DNA from: a virus | Lineage: Duplodnaviria; Caudoviricetes | Length of the DNA stretch: 64,000 nucleotides | Strand: one strand, 5' to 3' | Virus record (IMG/VR): IMGVR_UViG_3300030846_000100 | Span: 10,352-74,351 of that record | In this document: positions 9,738-20,008 of the stretch, piece after piece | How positions within the stretch are numbered: position 1 is the first letter of the stretch | How the letters are laid out: the number at the start of each line of letters is the position of its first letter | The notes under the pieces: generated by a model | What the model was told of the DNA's origin: nothing | What the model saw: the letters and a program-made list of their open reading frames with translations, nothing else | Databases searched by the model: none | Made by a program: the position numbers and the translations under genes

Positions 9738-10696
9738 TCATCCCACACATTTGAGAAATCAATCGTTCCCTTGCTGTATGAATCAACGCGAGATGCAAAA
9801 AAGTCTGAATGGGAAACGCCAGCACTGAGAACATCGAACCACGACATGCGGTCAAGTGCCTCCTTGTCAATTCGTTTCCATAACTTTTTTAGGCCGAGAT
9901 CGTTTAACTTCGTGTTCGTACGAAAACGGATGAAATTTTTCATATCGCTTGCATTGATACCTTCAACGTCACCGAACTCGAACGCTTTGTCAATGAAATT
10001 ATCTTCGAGTTCAACAGTTAAACGTGCCGCATCGTACAATTCTTCTTTCAATTCGTCCGTCATTAGATCGGGATTTTCAGACACGAGCGTGTTAAACAAC
10101 CAAATTCCGGCCTCGGAATGTAAACTTTCATCCTTGATAGAAAATGCGATGATTTGACCCACACCCTTCATTTTATTGAAACGTGAAAAATTCAACAGGA
10201 TTGCAAAACTTGAAAAAAGCGAGACTCCTTCGTTGAAAGCTGAAAATATCGCGAGACTTTTTGCAATGTCTACCTTCGATTTTCCTTTGACGTTGATCAA
10301 TCGATCAATTTTCGCTTTTGCGGTCGGTTCATGCAAAAATGCATCAAAATCTTCCAATCCAAGTGATTGGTTCAAATATGCATAGGAAACAGCGTGGACT
10401 GATTCCATGTTCGCAAAACATGCAGACATCATTTGGATCTCGGGGTGTTTAAACCAGCGTAGTACTTTCGCTGCCCAGTAATCTTGAATGAATACTTCGC
10501 TTTGTACGAAACCTTTTAGAACATGTCCAACAACGTTACGTTCCGTGTCGTTTAAGATCATTTTGAAATCATTGATATCACTGGCCATTGAAATTTCTTT
10601 ATGAATCCAGTGTGAACTTTGTTGTTTTTCCCAAAATTCATACGCTTTTTCATAAACAAAGGGTGCGTATGTTTGACGTGCAATAGTGATGCTCAT
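9734..10696 (-). CDS. nrdB: Ribonucleotide reductase class I small subunit
   Basis: Di-metal ligands (QSEVFI, MESVH..SY, NEGVSLFSSF, DESLHSE). Start taken at MSITIAR. Confidence 0.95.
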   Translation of the reverse strand: MSITIARQTYAPFVYEKAYEFWEKQQSSHWIHKEISMASDINDFKMILNDTERNVVGHVLKGFVQSEVFIQDYWAAKVLRWFKHPEIQMMSACFANMESVHAVSYAYLNQSLGLEDFDAFLHEPTAKAKIDRLINVKGKSKVDIAKSLAIFSAFNEGVSLFSSFAILLNFSRFNKMKGVGQIIAFSIKDESLHSEAGIWLFNTLVSENPDLMTDELKEELYDAARLTVELEDNFIDKAFEFGDVEGINASDMKNFIRFRTNTKLNDLGLKKLWKRIDKEALDRMSWFDVLSAGVSHSDFFASRVDSYSKGTIDFSNVWDD

Positions 10697-10770
10697 GAGT
10701 CTAATACCTATGTCCAAAAGGTAACGAATTCAATCATTTTGTGAACAATGAAGCCGTTACACTTGAACTA

Positions 10771-12192
10771 TTACCCTTGATCTTTTTTCACAAGATTCGA
10801 GTTTTTAAGTTCATTCCAGCGTGATTTCAAATGATCTTTCATCTTTTCTTTATCATCACCAATGAACTCTTGCATGTCGGATGGACCGGAGGTGATGGTG
10901 AACTGGCTACGAGCGGTGTTGATGTTGATGGGATACAAGATTCCATCCTTGCCAGCTCGATTCTTTGCAATGTACAAGCGGCCCTGACCGTTCGCTTTCT
11001 CGTAAGACTTTCTGGAGATTGACACGATGAAATCAGCGACCATCGCCTTACCGTATGCTTCTGACATGTTTGACATGTCAACGACATCGCTGTTAGCACC
11101 GTCCTTGTTCGACTGACTCGCGGTCCAAACAACGACGTTCATCTCCATCGCGAATGCTCTTAGCTCTTCGTATGCAAGTTTCAATTCATGTCTTAGGGAA
11201 TCGAACTTACGTGTTGAACGCATGATGTCAGCGTAATCGATGATCACCATCGCCGGTCGAATGTTCTTTTGGATCACCAACCTTTCGAGGTGGCTCTTTA
11301 ACGTGTAGATTGTGGGCATGTTCGGCGGATACGATTTGATCACTAGCTTGCCAAGCGTCGTATCCTTCAACCTCGATGTCACCTTTTCCTTGTTGTCAAT
11401 GATCTCGTTCGAATCGATGTCACAGAGGTACGAATCGTAACGAGTACCGACAGCGGTCTCAGAAAGTTCGAGAGTGTAGTGGACAACATCGAAGCCTTGC
11501 TTCAGTGCGTTCGCACCCAATGCGACCAACAAATGTGACTTACCCACGCCAGTATTGGCAAGCACAACATTGAGTTCACCCTTTCCAGCCCCACCCTGGA
11601 GGATCTCCTTCTTGTCAAGCTCTGAGAGACCCGTGGGTATCACTTCACGCTTGGTTGTAATGAACCTTGCTTCAACGTCCTCGAAAAAATCATGACCGAC
11701 GCTCGGTGCCGTACCAACCATCACAGCCTTCTTGATGATCTCAACGATCTGTTCGTAGTTACCGTCGTTCGATGCGATGCAATCGACCGCCTGCCCCATC
11801 GCGAACTTCAGAGCTTGTTTTCTGCAAAAATCAAGGCTTTTTTCCTTGATGAACTCGATGTCACCAGGGTTGGGATTGGCTTTCATCTTGACGAGGTAGG
11901 AAACGACCTGTTCCTTCAACATCAAATCGCTGCCTTTCTTGAGTTCATCACCAATGATCGTCACAAGCATTTGAATGCTGGGAAATGACTTGTACTTCTT
12001 CCAGAACTCGAAATACCTCGATGCCAAAAATTGCAGGTATTTTTGATCAAAATAAGCAGGATCGAACACTTCGAGAATCTGCTCAGCCCAGACCTTGTCA
12101 ACCATGAGAGCCTGAACGCAACCCTCTTGAAAAGCCTTACCGTATTGTCCTAGTGAGTTGGTAGTATCTGTCATTTTCTTAAGATTTTCCAC
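10771..12192 (-). CDS. dnaB: Replicative DNA helicase (DnaB/gp41 type)
   Basis: Walker A LANTGVGKS, IIDYAD, WTASQ and KNRAG motifs. Confidence 0.92.
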   Translation of the reverse strand: MENLKKMTDTTNSLGQYGKAFQEGCVQALMVDKVWAEQILEVFDPAYFDQKYLQFLASRYFEFWKKYKSFPSIQMLVTIIGDELKKGSDLMLKEQVVSYLVKMKANPNPGDIEFIKEKSLDFCRKQALKFAMGQAVDCIASNDGNYEQIVEIIKKAVMVGTAPSVGHDFFEDVEARFITTKREVIPTGLSELDKKEILQGGAGKGELNVVLANTGVGKSHLLVALGANALKQGFDVVHYTLELSETAVGTRYDSYLCDIDSNEIIDNKEKVTSRLKDTTLGKLVIKSYPPNMPTIYTLKSHLERLVIQKNIRPAMVIIDYADIMRSTRKFDSLRHELKLAYEELRAFAMEMNVVVWTASQSNKDGANSDVVDMSNMSEAYGKAMVADFIVSISRKSYEKANGQGRLYIAKNRAGKDGILYPININTARSQFTITSGPSDMQEFIGDDKEKMKDHLKSRWNELKNSNLVKKDQG

Positions 12193-12389
12193 TGAAATTC
12201 GACATCATTGGTCATCAATTGCATGTCATTTACCTTGAGAATTTTCGGTAATGGTCCAAGACAATCTTTTCCCGAATTGAGAATGATCATTTGTTTAGAG
12301 TTTATTCCGACTACAAGTACGAGCCGTCCAGTTGTGTTGGGGGAAATTCCGACCAAACAATCGTTCGGTCGAAGTTCATTGAACTTCAT
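12171..12389 (-). CDS. Small hypothetical protein, P(G/N)D-motif family
   Basis: MKFNELRPNDCLVG start, similar to 56392..56598. Confidence 0.55.
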   Translation of the reverse strand: MKFNELRPNDCLVGISPNTTGRLVLVVGINSKQMIILNSGKDCLGPLPKILKVNDMQLMTNDVEFQWKILRK

Positions 12390-13342
12390 TTCGTCCTTTG
12401 AATACCGTTGAATCCATAAAGCAACTCGTTCACATTGATGTCGTTCAAGCCCTCGTTGATGAGGAGCTTGGCGAGTGACATCTTATCCACCTTCGGCGTC
12501 CAGGTTTCAATCACTCGATCAATTCTTTCGGCTTGATTCGGTGCGATCATGTTACCGTTCAGGAACACGAGTTGCCAGTTTCGACGTGCATCGTTCTCGA
12601 AGTCAAGAACCCTTTTGAAGTTCTTGTTTTCAGCGATATGCGTTCTGCAATAGTTGAAGATGTCATCAAGAGACACGTCCTGTTCGAGCCCCAGCAACGG
12701 AAAATGCTTGATAAGCGTCTTGAATCCCATTCTCTCAAGACCGGGAACGTTATCACCTTCATCACCGCACAACGCCTTAGCGACGGCAAAGTTATTTGCT
12801 GAGATCCTGAATTGCTTAATGACCTCTGATTTATCGATCGTACGTTTCGTGTAAAGGTTGTAGATCTTCGTGTTGTCGTTCAAGAGTTGGTAAAAATCCT
12901 TGTCACTTGAAACGATGATCTTGTTCTCGTTCTTTAGATGCCTTTCGCAAAGGTACGCGATGAGATCATCAGCTTCAGCATTCTCAGCGTAAAGTTGACA
13001 AACCGGAAAGTACTTTAGAGCCTGTAACAACAGGAACGTTTGCTTTTGGATGTTATCATCAGTCGTTGGGATGTCATCTTCGTAGAAACGATTCAATTTT
13101 TGAGGCTTACGCTTCAGCTTGTATTCGGGGAAGAGTTGACGTCGTCTTGAGCTCCCGCCACCTTCCCAAGCCATGTAGACGCTTTTCGCACCCGTCTCAC
13201 CGATGATTCGTTTCAGAGACTTGAGAGTTCCAATGAATCCTCCCATTGGATCACCATTTGAACTGATCTGAGGATAGGCGGCAATGTTTCTTAAGAAGAT
13301 ATTTGCGACATCTACCAAAAGTACGGGTCGAGTTGTATTCAT
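12386..13342 (-). CDS. 5'-3' exonuclease / RNase H (T4 Rnh / PolA exonuclease family)
   Basis: LLVDVAN, WEGGG..RR, Y..KR, EADDLIA, SSDKDFYQ and LCGDEGDNVPG motifs. Start taken at MNTTRP. Confidence 0.92.
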   Translation of the reverse strand: MNTTRPVLLVDVANIFLRNIAAYPQISSNGDPMGGFIGTLKSLKRIIGETGAKSVYMAWEGGGSSRRRQLFPEYKLKRKPQKLNRFYEDDIPTTDDNIQKQTFLLLQALKYFPVCQLYAENAEADDLIAYLCERHLKNENKIIVSSDKDFYQLLNDNTKIYNLYTKRTIDKSEVIKQFRISANNFAVAKALCGDEGDNVPGLERMGFKTLIKHFPLLGLEQDVSLDDIFNYCRTHIAENKNFKRVLDFENDARRNWQLVFLNGNMIAPNQAERIDRVIETWTPKVDKMSLAKLLINEGLNDINVNELLYGFNGIQRTK

Positions 13343-13611
13343 GAGGTGAACCAATTTTGATGAACGGGATGCAATGATGCACACGGAACCCATCTCACGC
13401 TACCTTTACACAAGGTGATGTAACCAAATGTTTTATGTTGATTTGTGGCGGATCCCAGCAAAATATGTAACGACCGTGAAGGAATTGAAAATCCAAAATT
13501 CCCCATTACAGTTTCAATCTTCCCATCACCCCTGTCGATGAAATTCCATGCATACTTCATTTCATACATGTTGTACGCAAGACGGTTCATTTTTTTATTG
13601 AAGTAAATCAC
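13339..13611 (-). CDS. Small hypothetical protein
   Basis: ORF fills the gap between dut and the exonuclease with 4-nt overlaps. Confidence 0.45.
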   Translation of the reverse strand: MIYFNKKMNRLAYNMYEMKYAWNFIDRGDGKIETVMGNFGFSIPSRSLHILLGSATNQHKTFGYITLCKGSVRWVPCASLHPVHQNWFTS

Positions 13612-14258
13612 TGACCCGTCGATCCAAATCCACCAGATCCTCTCAACGAATCGTTCAATTCAGGTACTTCCGTGAAAATTGCACGTGTGACGGGTGCGAT
13701 CACCATTTGAGCGATGCGTTCTCCGGCATCGAATTCCAATTGCGTGTCGCTTGTGTTGTGTAGGATCACGCACATTTCGCCGCGAAAATCTTCATCGACC
13801 GTGCCAGGGCTGTTCTGAACCACGACACCGTGCTTCAATGCAAGTCCCGATCTCGATCTGACCTGAGCTTCGTGATTTGGGGGGAGCTCGATTGCGAATC
13901 CCAATTTCACCAACAACGTTGAATGTGCGGGTAACCTAAAATCGTACGGCGTCGATAGATCGCAACCCGCTGATCCTGGTGTCGAGTACGTTGGAATCGT
14001 TGCGTTCTCGTTCAATCGCTTGAACTTAATGTTGACAGGCAATTTTACTTCGTATGTTGGATACAAGAGTTGCATCGAATAAGGCCCATTGGGATCACTT
14101 TCAAGTGGCCAAGTTACTGAATTCTTCACGGTGGTGTCTTGAATGTGCTTGTGAATGACGTCAATTTGTTCATCAATTTTATGGAATGACGGAGGTTCTT
14201 GTAGAACTTCAATTGCAGTTCTGTTACCTGTGAATAGTTCACTGAATTTCTTTTTCAT
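13608..14258 (-). CDS. dut: Trimeric dUTPase with a ~70-aa N-terminal extension
   Basis: SAGCDL, RSRSGLA, GTVDEDFRGE, RIAQMV and RGSGGFGSTG motifs. Confidence 0.95.
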   Translation of the reverse strand: MKKKFSELFTGNRTAIEVLQEPPSFHKIDEQIDVIHKHIQDTTVKNSVTWPLESDPNGPYSMQLLYPTYEVKLPVNIKFKRLNENATIPTYSTPGSAGCDLSTPYDFRLPAHSTLLVKLGFAIELPPNHEAQVRSRSGLALKHGVVVQNSPGTVDEDFRGEMCVILHNTSDTQLEFDAGERIAQMVIAPVTRAIFTEVPELNDSLRGSGGFGSTGQ

Positions 14259-14533
14259 TTCTTACATTCTTTCCAATTGGTACAAACATTCTTCCACATA
14301 GCACAAGCTGGCCCGCCCATCGGGTCGACCGTGCGTCTCAATTGCCCGTATCGCCCACAATCTTCGCATCGACCGACCATCGATGCTCGATCACGTTCGA
14401 GGATGTAACCAAAAGGCCACAGTAGGTAGTCCCAGATTTTCTTAAACATCGTTCTCATCACATTTTCCACCAATACAGAAATCGTAATCAGGATGACCTC
14501 TTTTACCACGAGGGTTAGTTTTATGCCATTCAC
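14255..14533 (-). CDS. Small Cys-rich hypothetical protein (start uncertain)
   Basis: CEDCG...C..W...C motif; true start likely downstream at MRTMF or MFKK. Confidence 0.4.
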   Translation of the reverse strand: MNGIKLTLVVKEVILITISVLVENVMRTMFKKIWDYLLWPFGYILERDRASMVGRCEDCGRYGQLRRTVDPMGGPACAMWKNVCTNWKECKK

Positions 14534-14777
14534 AAATGTTGCTAGTATCTTTATAGATGTTTTTAAAATCGGTCCAGATAATCTGTACGAATCTCATCAT
14601 GCAGATGGTGAGTGCAACAATCATTACCAATAATAAACTCGCACCCATGTACAATGATTTCAGTAATAGTGCGGCAATACCAGATACAAACATGCTACAA
14701 CCTGACAAGATGAACGTCTTATCGTGCATTAATTTACACATCGTTCTCATCTTCTGAAGAAACGGGTGAAGAACCAT
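14442..14777 (-). CDS. Small membrane protein (start uncertain)
   Basis: Two hydrophobic helices. Confidence 0.45.
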   Translation of the reverse strand: MVLHPFLQKMRTMCKLMHDKTFILSGCSMFVSGIAALLLKSLYMGASLLLVMIVALTICMMRFVQIIWTDFKNIYKDTSNICEWHKTNPRGKRGHPDYDFCIGGKCDENDV

Positions 14778-15909
14778 CGAGCTTTGTTACGAGCACTTCA
14801 TCGATCATTTCAAGCACGTGTTCACGGTATTCGGGATCATTCAATACCTTTTCAGCAAACGCTGCTTTGTAGAACTTGATGTCCTTGATCACAGTTCCCG
14901 ACGCATCCACTACCTTGAACGTCTTCCATGCCCCACCCCCGTCAATGGAGTACTTCGTTCCATTCCTTTCGACGTGACCCCCAGATGCCTTCGTGGCATC
15001 GAATAAGGTATCATACAACGCTTCGTTCTCGTTCAAACCACGACCGAACAGGATTTCCAGAGACATCTTCTTGAAAGGCGGGCCGACCTTGTTCTTCTTG
15101 ATCGTAATGTTGACCTTGCTTCCAACGACGTTGTTCGAAGCATCCTTGAGTGGGGTACCACCAGTCAGTGCAATTCGAACCGAAGCAGCGAACGGAATCG
15201 CCTTCCCACCCGGCACGGTCGTCGGATCGTTGTACGGACCAGCGTTGATGTTCGTACGAGTTTGATTGAGGCACAGGAAGATGACGTTGTTTCGACCGAT
15301 CACACCGGTGATCTTTCGCATTCCCTTTGAGATCACACGAGCCTGCAAACCCATTGTTTGTTGTTCGTACGTTCCTTCGAGTTCCATTTTTGGAGATGTT
15401 TGAGCAACGGAGTCCCAAACGATGAGGATGGGAACGTCCTTGATCATCTCCTTCGCTTTCATGATCGTAGATTCAGCGATCTGGAATACCTCCTCAGTTT
15501 CGTGAGTGTCGATATATACGAAGCGTTTACTGACATCGATACCCATGGCACCCAGTTTCTCTACCGGGACTGCGTTTTCGGTGTCGATGTAGACAACGAC
15601 ACCACCTCGTTCTTGGACTGACCTGGCGATAGCAAAGGCCAAATGAGATTTTCCCGTCGAAGGTTCTCCATAAATTTCTATCACTCTGCCTTCGGGGATG
15701 CCACCATTTTTACGATTAGCAATGGCGTAATCAAGCAGTATTGACCGAGTAGAAATCCACCTCTTAACGTGAGTCGGTGAGTCAGTGGTCGCAAGGTTGT
15801 ATGCAACCTTCGTCTGAAATTCCTTGTTCAGTGATTTAATGAGCTCTTCGCTAAAATCAAGTCCTTCAACGTCTGAAGGGAGTTCTGACTCTTCTTTTCT
15901 TTTTGCCAT
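14734..15909 (-). CDS. recA: RecA/UvsX recombinase
   Basis: YGEPSTGKS, IDTE, VWDSVA, LNQTR and PGGKAIPFAASVRI motifs. Confidence 0.95.
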   Translation of the reverse strand: MAKRKEESELPSDVEGLDFSEELIKSLNKEFQTKVAYNLATTDSPTHVKRWISTRSILLDYAIANRKNGGIPEGRVIEIYGEPSTGKSHLAFAIARSVQERGGVVVYIDTENAVPVEKLGAMGIDVSKRFVYIDTHETEEVFQIAESTIMKAKEMIKDVPILIVWDSVAQTSPKMELEGTYEQQTMGLQARVISKGMRKITGVIGRNNVIFLCLNQTRTNINAGPYNDPTTVPGGKAIPFAASVRIALTGGTPLKDASNNVVGSKVNITIKKNKVGPPFKKMSLEILFGRGLNENEALYDTLFDATKASGGHVERNGTKYSIDGGGAWKTFKVVDASGTVIKDIKFYKAAFAEKVLNDPEYREHVLEMIDEVLVTKLDGSSPVSSEDENDV

Positions 15910-16784
15910 TCCTTGAATTCCTTATCTGTGATTCTAACCAATTGCTTGTTGTTTGTTTTAAACCAAGCATTCTGTTGAAGATCTCGTTTAAACGTTCCTT
16001 CAATCAGTACATCTCTTGGGTTTTTGAACAATCGAATTTCTTCAATCGGTCTGTCTAATCCATGCCAATAAATGCCATCGAATTGAACGTACATGTCAAT
16101 GTCCTTGATGTAAAAATCTATCGCCCAACCATTCATTATCACCTGTCGATCAATATTTTGAAACTCTTCAACAAGAATCGTAAAAAACGTGTCTTCGATC
16201 TTTGATCTTTCATACGATCCATTCAATTTACGAGTTTGATGTTCTCGAGTTTTTGCAAGTTTCCAATCGTACTTTGATTTGATTTCGGGGCTATGCATCG
16301 GTGATTCAACGCCATGGTTTTTCATCAATGTTTCACGACATTTAAGTTTAATCGAACTTGAAGCGAAAGGATTTTCAGCACCGTATCGTTTGATACAAGT
16401 TTGTTTTGCTTTGTTTCTAGATTTTTCAGAAATAGATGCTTGTATACCGCGTTCATGTACATCATGAAGCTTAAAAACGTTATCAACTCCAAAACGCTCT
16501 AAGCAAGTTTTCTTGCCTTTTTGTTTAACGTTATCATTTTGTGAGGATACTTCACAACCATACAATTTCATGTTCGTAGCACGACGATTTACATTAGCAC
16601 GATTCCTGCAACAATGACCATCAAATACGTACTTGGGATTTGAGTCAAATTCTCCGAAATCTTTATCAATGAATTTTGCCGGAGACGTTACGAACGTATA
16701 CGATTCATCAATCATCGTAATTGTGTCACCATGAATATCACGAATTCGTCGTTTAACTTCTTCTAGTGATACTCGTTTCGTCAT
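15828..16784 (-). mobile_element. Putative homing endonuclease: (K/R)YG repeats plus Vsr/DUF559-like PD-(D/E)XK domain
   Basis: Repeated T(C/L)..RYG.EN, then SKIED, IDFYI..ID.Y.QFDG.YWHG. Its C-terminus overlaps the recA start. Confidence 0.75.
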
Positions 16785-16843
16785 TAGTCATTCGTTTGTC
16801 GTTTGCAGTATTTGTTGCTCGATCAATTCTTCAACGAGTTTCA

Positions 16844-17534
16844 TTACTTCTTGAAGGGATTACGACGAACAAAAAATTCTTCAGCGGCCTTCATGATATG
16901 ACCTGAAACCATGTGAAAATGTTTGTTGTTTAACGCGTCGTTGTTCTTTTTCAAATCATTGATATCTGGGCCAGCATTCGCTTTGAAGCGGTAAGCCTGA
17001 TTAAGCTCGGGGAGATCATGAGATTTTACGCCACCCGTTAACGTGACGCTTCTCATCTTTTTAAGTGGAATATGTTCAACATCGTCTCGTTCGTAATACT
17101 TTGAAAACATCTTGGTTGCATCATTTGAAACAAGATCTCGATCAGGCATCAGCCCCATTTGCCCCGTTAGTTTCATAGCAACATCCCAAATGAACGGACC
17201 CCACCCCTTTATCGCCGCCATCCACAATGCTTCGTAATGTTCACCATTCAACTCAGCATACAAAACACCAATGATATGTTTTTGCATCATGTCTATGACT
17301 AATCATGTCTATGACTAGAGGTCGATTTTTGTCCACTAAGGAAGATGAACCGTTTGACATTTGAATCGCTTTTTCTATGTCGTCATCAACACCCTTCGTG
17401 TTGTACAAAATTACGTGTATTTTCTTAGGTGAAGAAAATGAATACAATGCAAGATTTTGTTGAACTGCGTTACCAGAATCAAAAGCCGCCTCTTGAATCA
17501 ATGAACGAATAAATTTTCGTAACACATTCATCAT
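16844..17534 (-). pseudogene. GNAT-like acetyltransferase paralog split by a 16-bp tandem duplication
   Basis: N-part MMNVLRKFIRSLIQEAA (start 17534) and C-part KGWGPFIWDVAM..LMPDR..VS..A are in frames offset by 1. Removing one 16-bp copy fuses them (370-16=354 nt). Confidence 0.75.
17286..17317. repeat. Perfect 16-bp tandem duplication ATCATGTCTATGACTA x2
   Basis: Read directly at 17286-17301 and 17302-17317. Confidence 0.95.
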
Positions 17535-17535
17535 A

Positions 17536-17715
17536 TTATTTTGAAACGTAAACTGCGATAATTTTCTTGTTGAACGTGTGTTCCTTGAACATGTGTTCTT
17601 CGTAACAATACCACGTGCAGGTGTATCTGATGGATTCACCTTTTTGTGATGATTTTTCATCGACGACCATCACGGGCCCGCCACCCTTCAATTTTACCAG
17701 ATCACCGATTTTCAT
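17536..17715 (-). CDS. YodC/DUF2158-like small protein (59 aa, below the ORF-track cutoff)
   Basis: Hand translation MKIGDLVKLKGGGPVMVV...CTWY matches the GD.V.LK.GGP.M.V...C.W pattern. Confidence 0.75.
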   Translation of the reverse strand: MKIGDLVKLKGGGPVMVVDEKSSQKGESIRYTCTWYCYEEHMFKEHTFNKKIIAVYVSK

Positions 17716-18052
17716 TTGAAATTCCCACGTTGTTCAAGCATCCCATTTCACGGTCAAGTTCAGCTTGCAGGAACTTGATTCTAGCTCTCCTGACCTCGTC
17801 AATCTTGTGATTAGGAAGGAATCCGACAGATACGAGGTATTCATGAACTTCAGGTTCGTTACAAGCGTACTTATGAAGCAAAACAATCGCCCTGTAACGT
17901 TCGCTGTCGTTCTTGTTAACTCGTTTGCATGTTTCAGAACGTTCATCTGGAACGAGATGCAATGTGGGAGGATCCTGCAAAACTTCCACCGCGGTTCGTT
18001 CACCAACGTTCAAATTGATCCAATGCATGCTGTCGGATTCCGTTCCCATCAT
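17702..18052 (-). CDS. Hypothetical protein
   Basis: In-operon ORF. Its N-terminus (TAVEVLQDPP) resembles the dUTPase extension (TAIEVLQEPP). Confidence 0.55.
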   Translation of the reverse strand: MMGTESDSMHWINLNVGERTAVEVLQDPPTLHLVPDERSETCKRVNKNDSERYRAIVLLHKYACNEPEVHEYLVSVGFLPNHKIDEVRRARIKFLQAELDREMGCLNNVGISNENR

Positions 18053-18054
18053 TC

Positions 18055-18984
18055 TCAGCTTTCCATCAGATCTTTGAACGCTGCGTCAAGATCATCCGTC
18101 GCTGGGGAATCCTCATCATCAACGACAACGGGTTCCTTCTTCGCCGCCTTCGCTACAGCAACCGGCTTCTCAACCTTCTTCGCAGCGGATTTCTTTTCTT
18201 CCTTCACTTCAGCGACGAGATCATCGAGCTCATCGAGTGAACTCTTTGATTCAACGGCCTCCTTGACGGTTCCGACTGAAGGTGTTGCCGCAGCCTGTCC
18301 TGCCGTTCCAAGCCATGCATCCAGATCCTTCGAAATGAGGTCATAATCCTTCACCTGCCAAACCTTAGATAGGTCTGGAATTGAAGCAAGGATCGTCTTG
18401 ACCTTTTCCGGATCGGAATTCAAAGGACATCGACCGTCCAACGCTGCAAGTTCGATGCTAACGTCAAGGAATTCCTTGTTCTTCACTTGGGTGACCTTCA
18501 CATCGAGGTTGAACCCATTAAAGGGATCGAAGTAATCACCAACCTTCTCGTTCATGAAGTACCCGAGTAGCTTCTGGTAGATTCCAGATCCGAACGAGTA
18601 AACCAACACCTTTTCGGGGTCAGCATCATGACCCTCGAGAACTACGATCGGAGCATAGGAACGCATCTTCGGAAAGAGCTTCTTTGCTTGTTCCTTGTCA
18701 CGAGGCGTGCCGCTTGAAAACAACTTCATGCGAAGTTCCTTGATCGGATCAGGATTACCGAATTGATCGGGAGCAAGAAGGGCGGAACGACCAATTCCAT
18801 AATAAAACCAGCGTTCTTCAAAAACTTCCCCCTCTTTGCAAACCCCGTCGGGCCAATGCATGCATCGAATCTTGTACTCACCAACAGCCGGTTTCCAAAA
18901 CTGAATGTTCGAACTATTCTCTCGTTTGTTGTCACCATTCAGTTGAGCGATCTTCGCCTTAATTGCCGCTAGATTAATTCCCAT
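18055..18984 (-). CDS. Single-stranded DNA-binding protein (T4 gp32-like)
   Basis: FWKP..G...IR, DPIKE, DYFDP..G.N and an acidic C-terminal tail (DDLDAAFKDLMES). Confidence 0.85.
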   Translation of the reverse strand: MGINLAAIKAKIAQLNGDNKRENSSNIQFWKPAVGEYKIRCMHWPDGVCKEGEVFEERWFYYGIGRSALLAPDQFGNPDPIKELRMKLFSSGTPRDKEQAKKLFPKMRSYAPIVVLEGHDADPEKVLVYSFGSGIYQKLLGYFMNEKVGDYFDPFNGFNLDVKVTQVKNKEFLDVSIELAALDGRCPLNSDPEKVKTILASIPDLSKVWQVKDYDLISKDLDAWLGTAGQAAATPSVGTVKEAVESKSSLDELDDLVAEVKEEKKSAAKKVEKPVAVAKAAKKEPVVVDDEDSPATDDLDAAFKDLMES

Positions 18985-19967
18985 TTTCTTCTTCCTTGCC
19001 TTTTCTTAAAAGTGACCAAAATTTTTCATTCTTGTAGTCGTCACCAATTATACGTACAAGATTCATTCCTCGTTCATTGAACCAAATTTTTTGCTTGATA
19101 TCAATCAACATTTTATAGTGTATCGTTCGATCTTGCTTTGTCTTGAACTCAGCAACCTCGATCAAATCTCTTAATTTCCCATTTACATCGTATCCATGCC
19201 AGTAACTGTCGTATTGAAAATACGTATCAATTGATTCAACGTAGAAATCAATTGACCAAACTTTATTCATCACAATTTGACGTTTAACATTGTCATTTCC
19301 AAAAATTTTACAAAGTTTTGAATGAACCTCATCTTCAATTCTTGATTTTCCGTAGGTTCCGTTTGTCTTCATGTTTTCATGACGACGTTGTGAAGCTAAA
19401 TCATAATCGATTTTTGCTTGAATTTTTGCACTTTGCATCGGCCAGTCAACACCAAGATTTTCATTGTTAGTTTTCTTTGATTTTTCAAGAAATTCGGGGC
19501 AACCCATGAATCGATCCACGCCGAATAGCTCCTGATTCGTCATCATGATCTTTTCTTGAACTTGAATCGATTTAAACGGATGATCAACGCCGTATCGTTC
19601 AATCGAAGTCTTCTTCACTTTTCAAGATGATCGGGTAATTGTGAAACGTTTTTAACACCTTTTCGTTCAAGATAATTTCTTAGAGGTGCAAAATGATCTT
19701 TCGTCGCATTGATTAATTCACGCTGAACCGTTCCTGCCGAAAGTGGCGATTTAGCTCCGTGGTTTTTAATACATGATCGTTCAATTGAGGCTCTTAGTTT
19801 TCCACCATTCTTGAATTCCTTTAAAAAACATTCACGTTTACAAAATGAAGTTTCTTATGACGATAAGAATACCTTTCACACTCATGTACAGTACCACAAT
19901 CATCATTGTCACACACGAGAATCAACACATGTTTTTTCTCTCGTTTGATGATTTCTTTAACCGACAT
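18974..19967 (-). pseudogene. Homing endonuclease paralog of 42655..43518 carrying two single-base frameshifts
   Basis: Adding one base near 19842-19845 restores KLHFCKRECF (identical to the paralog). A second base is needed near 19619-19622 to join the 214-aa C-terminal ORF. Confidence 0.75.
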
Positions 19968-20008
19968 TACCTTCAAATCGTATTAACAGATCGAGCACAT
20001 GTTTCATG

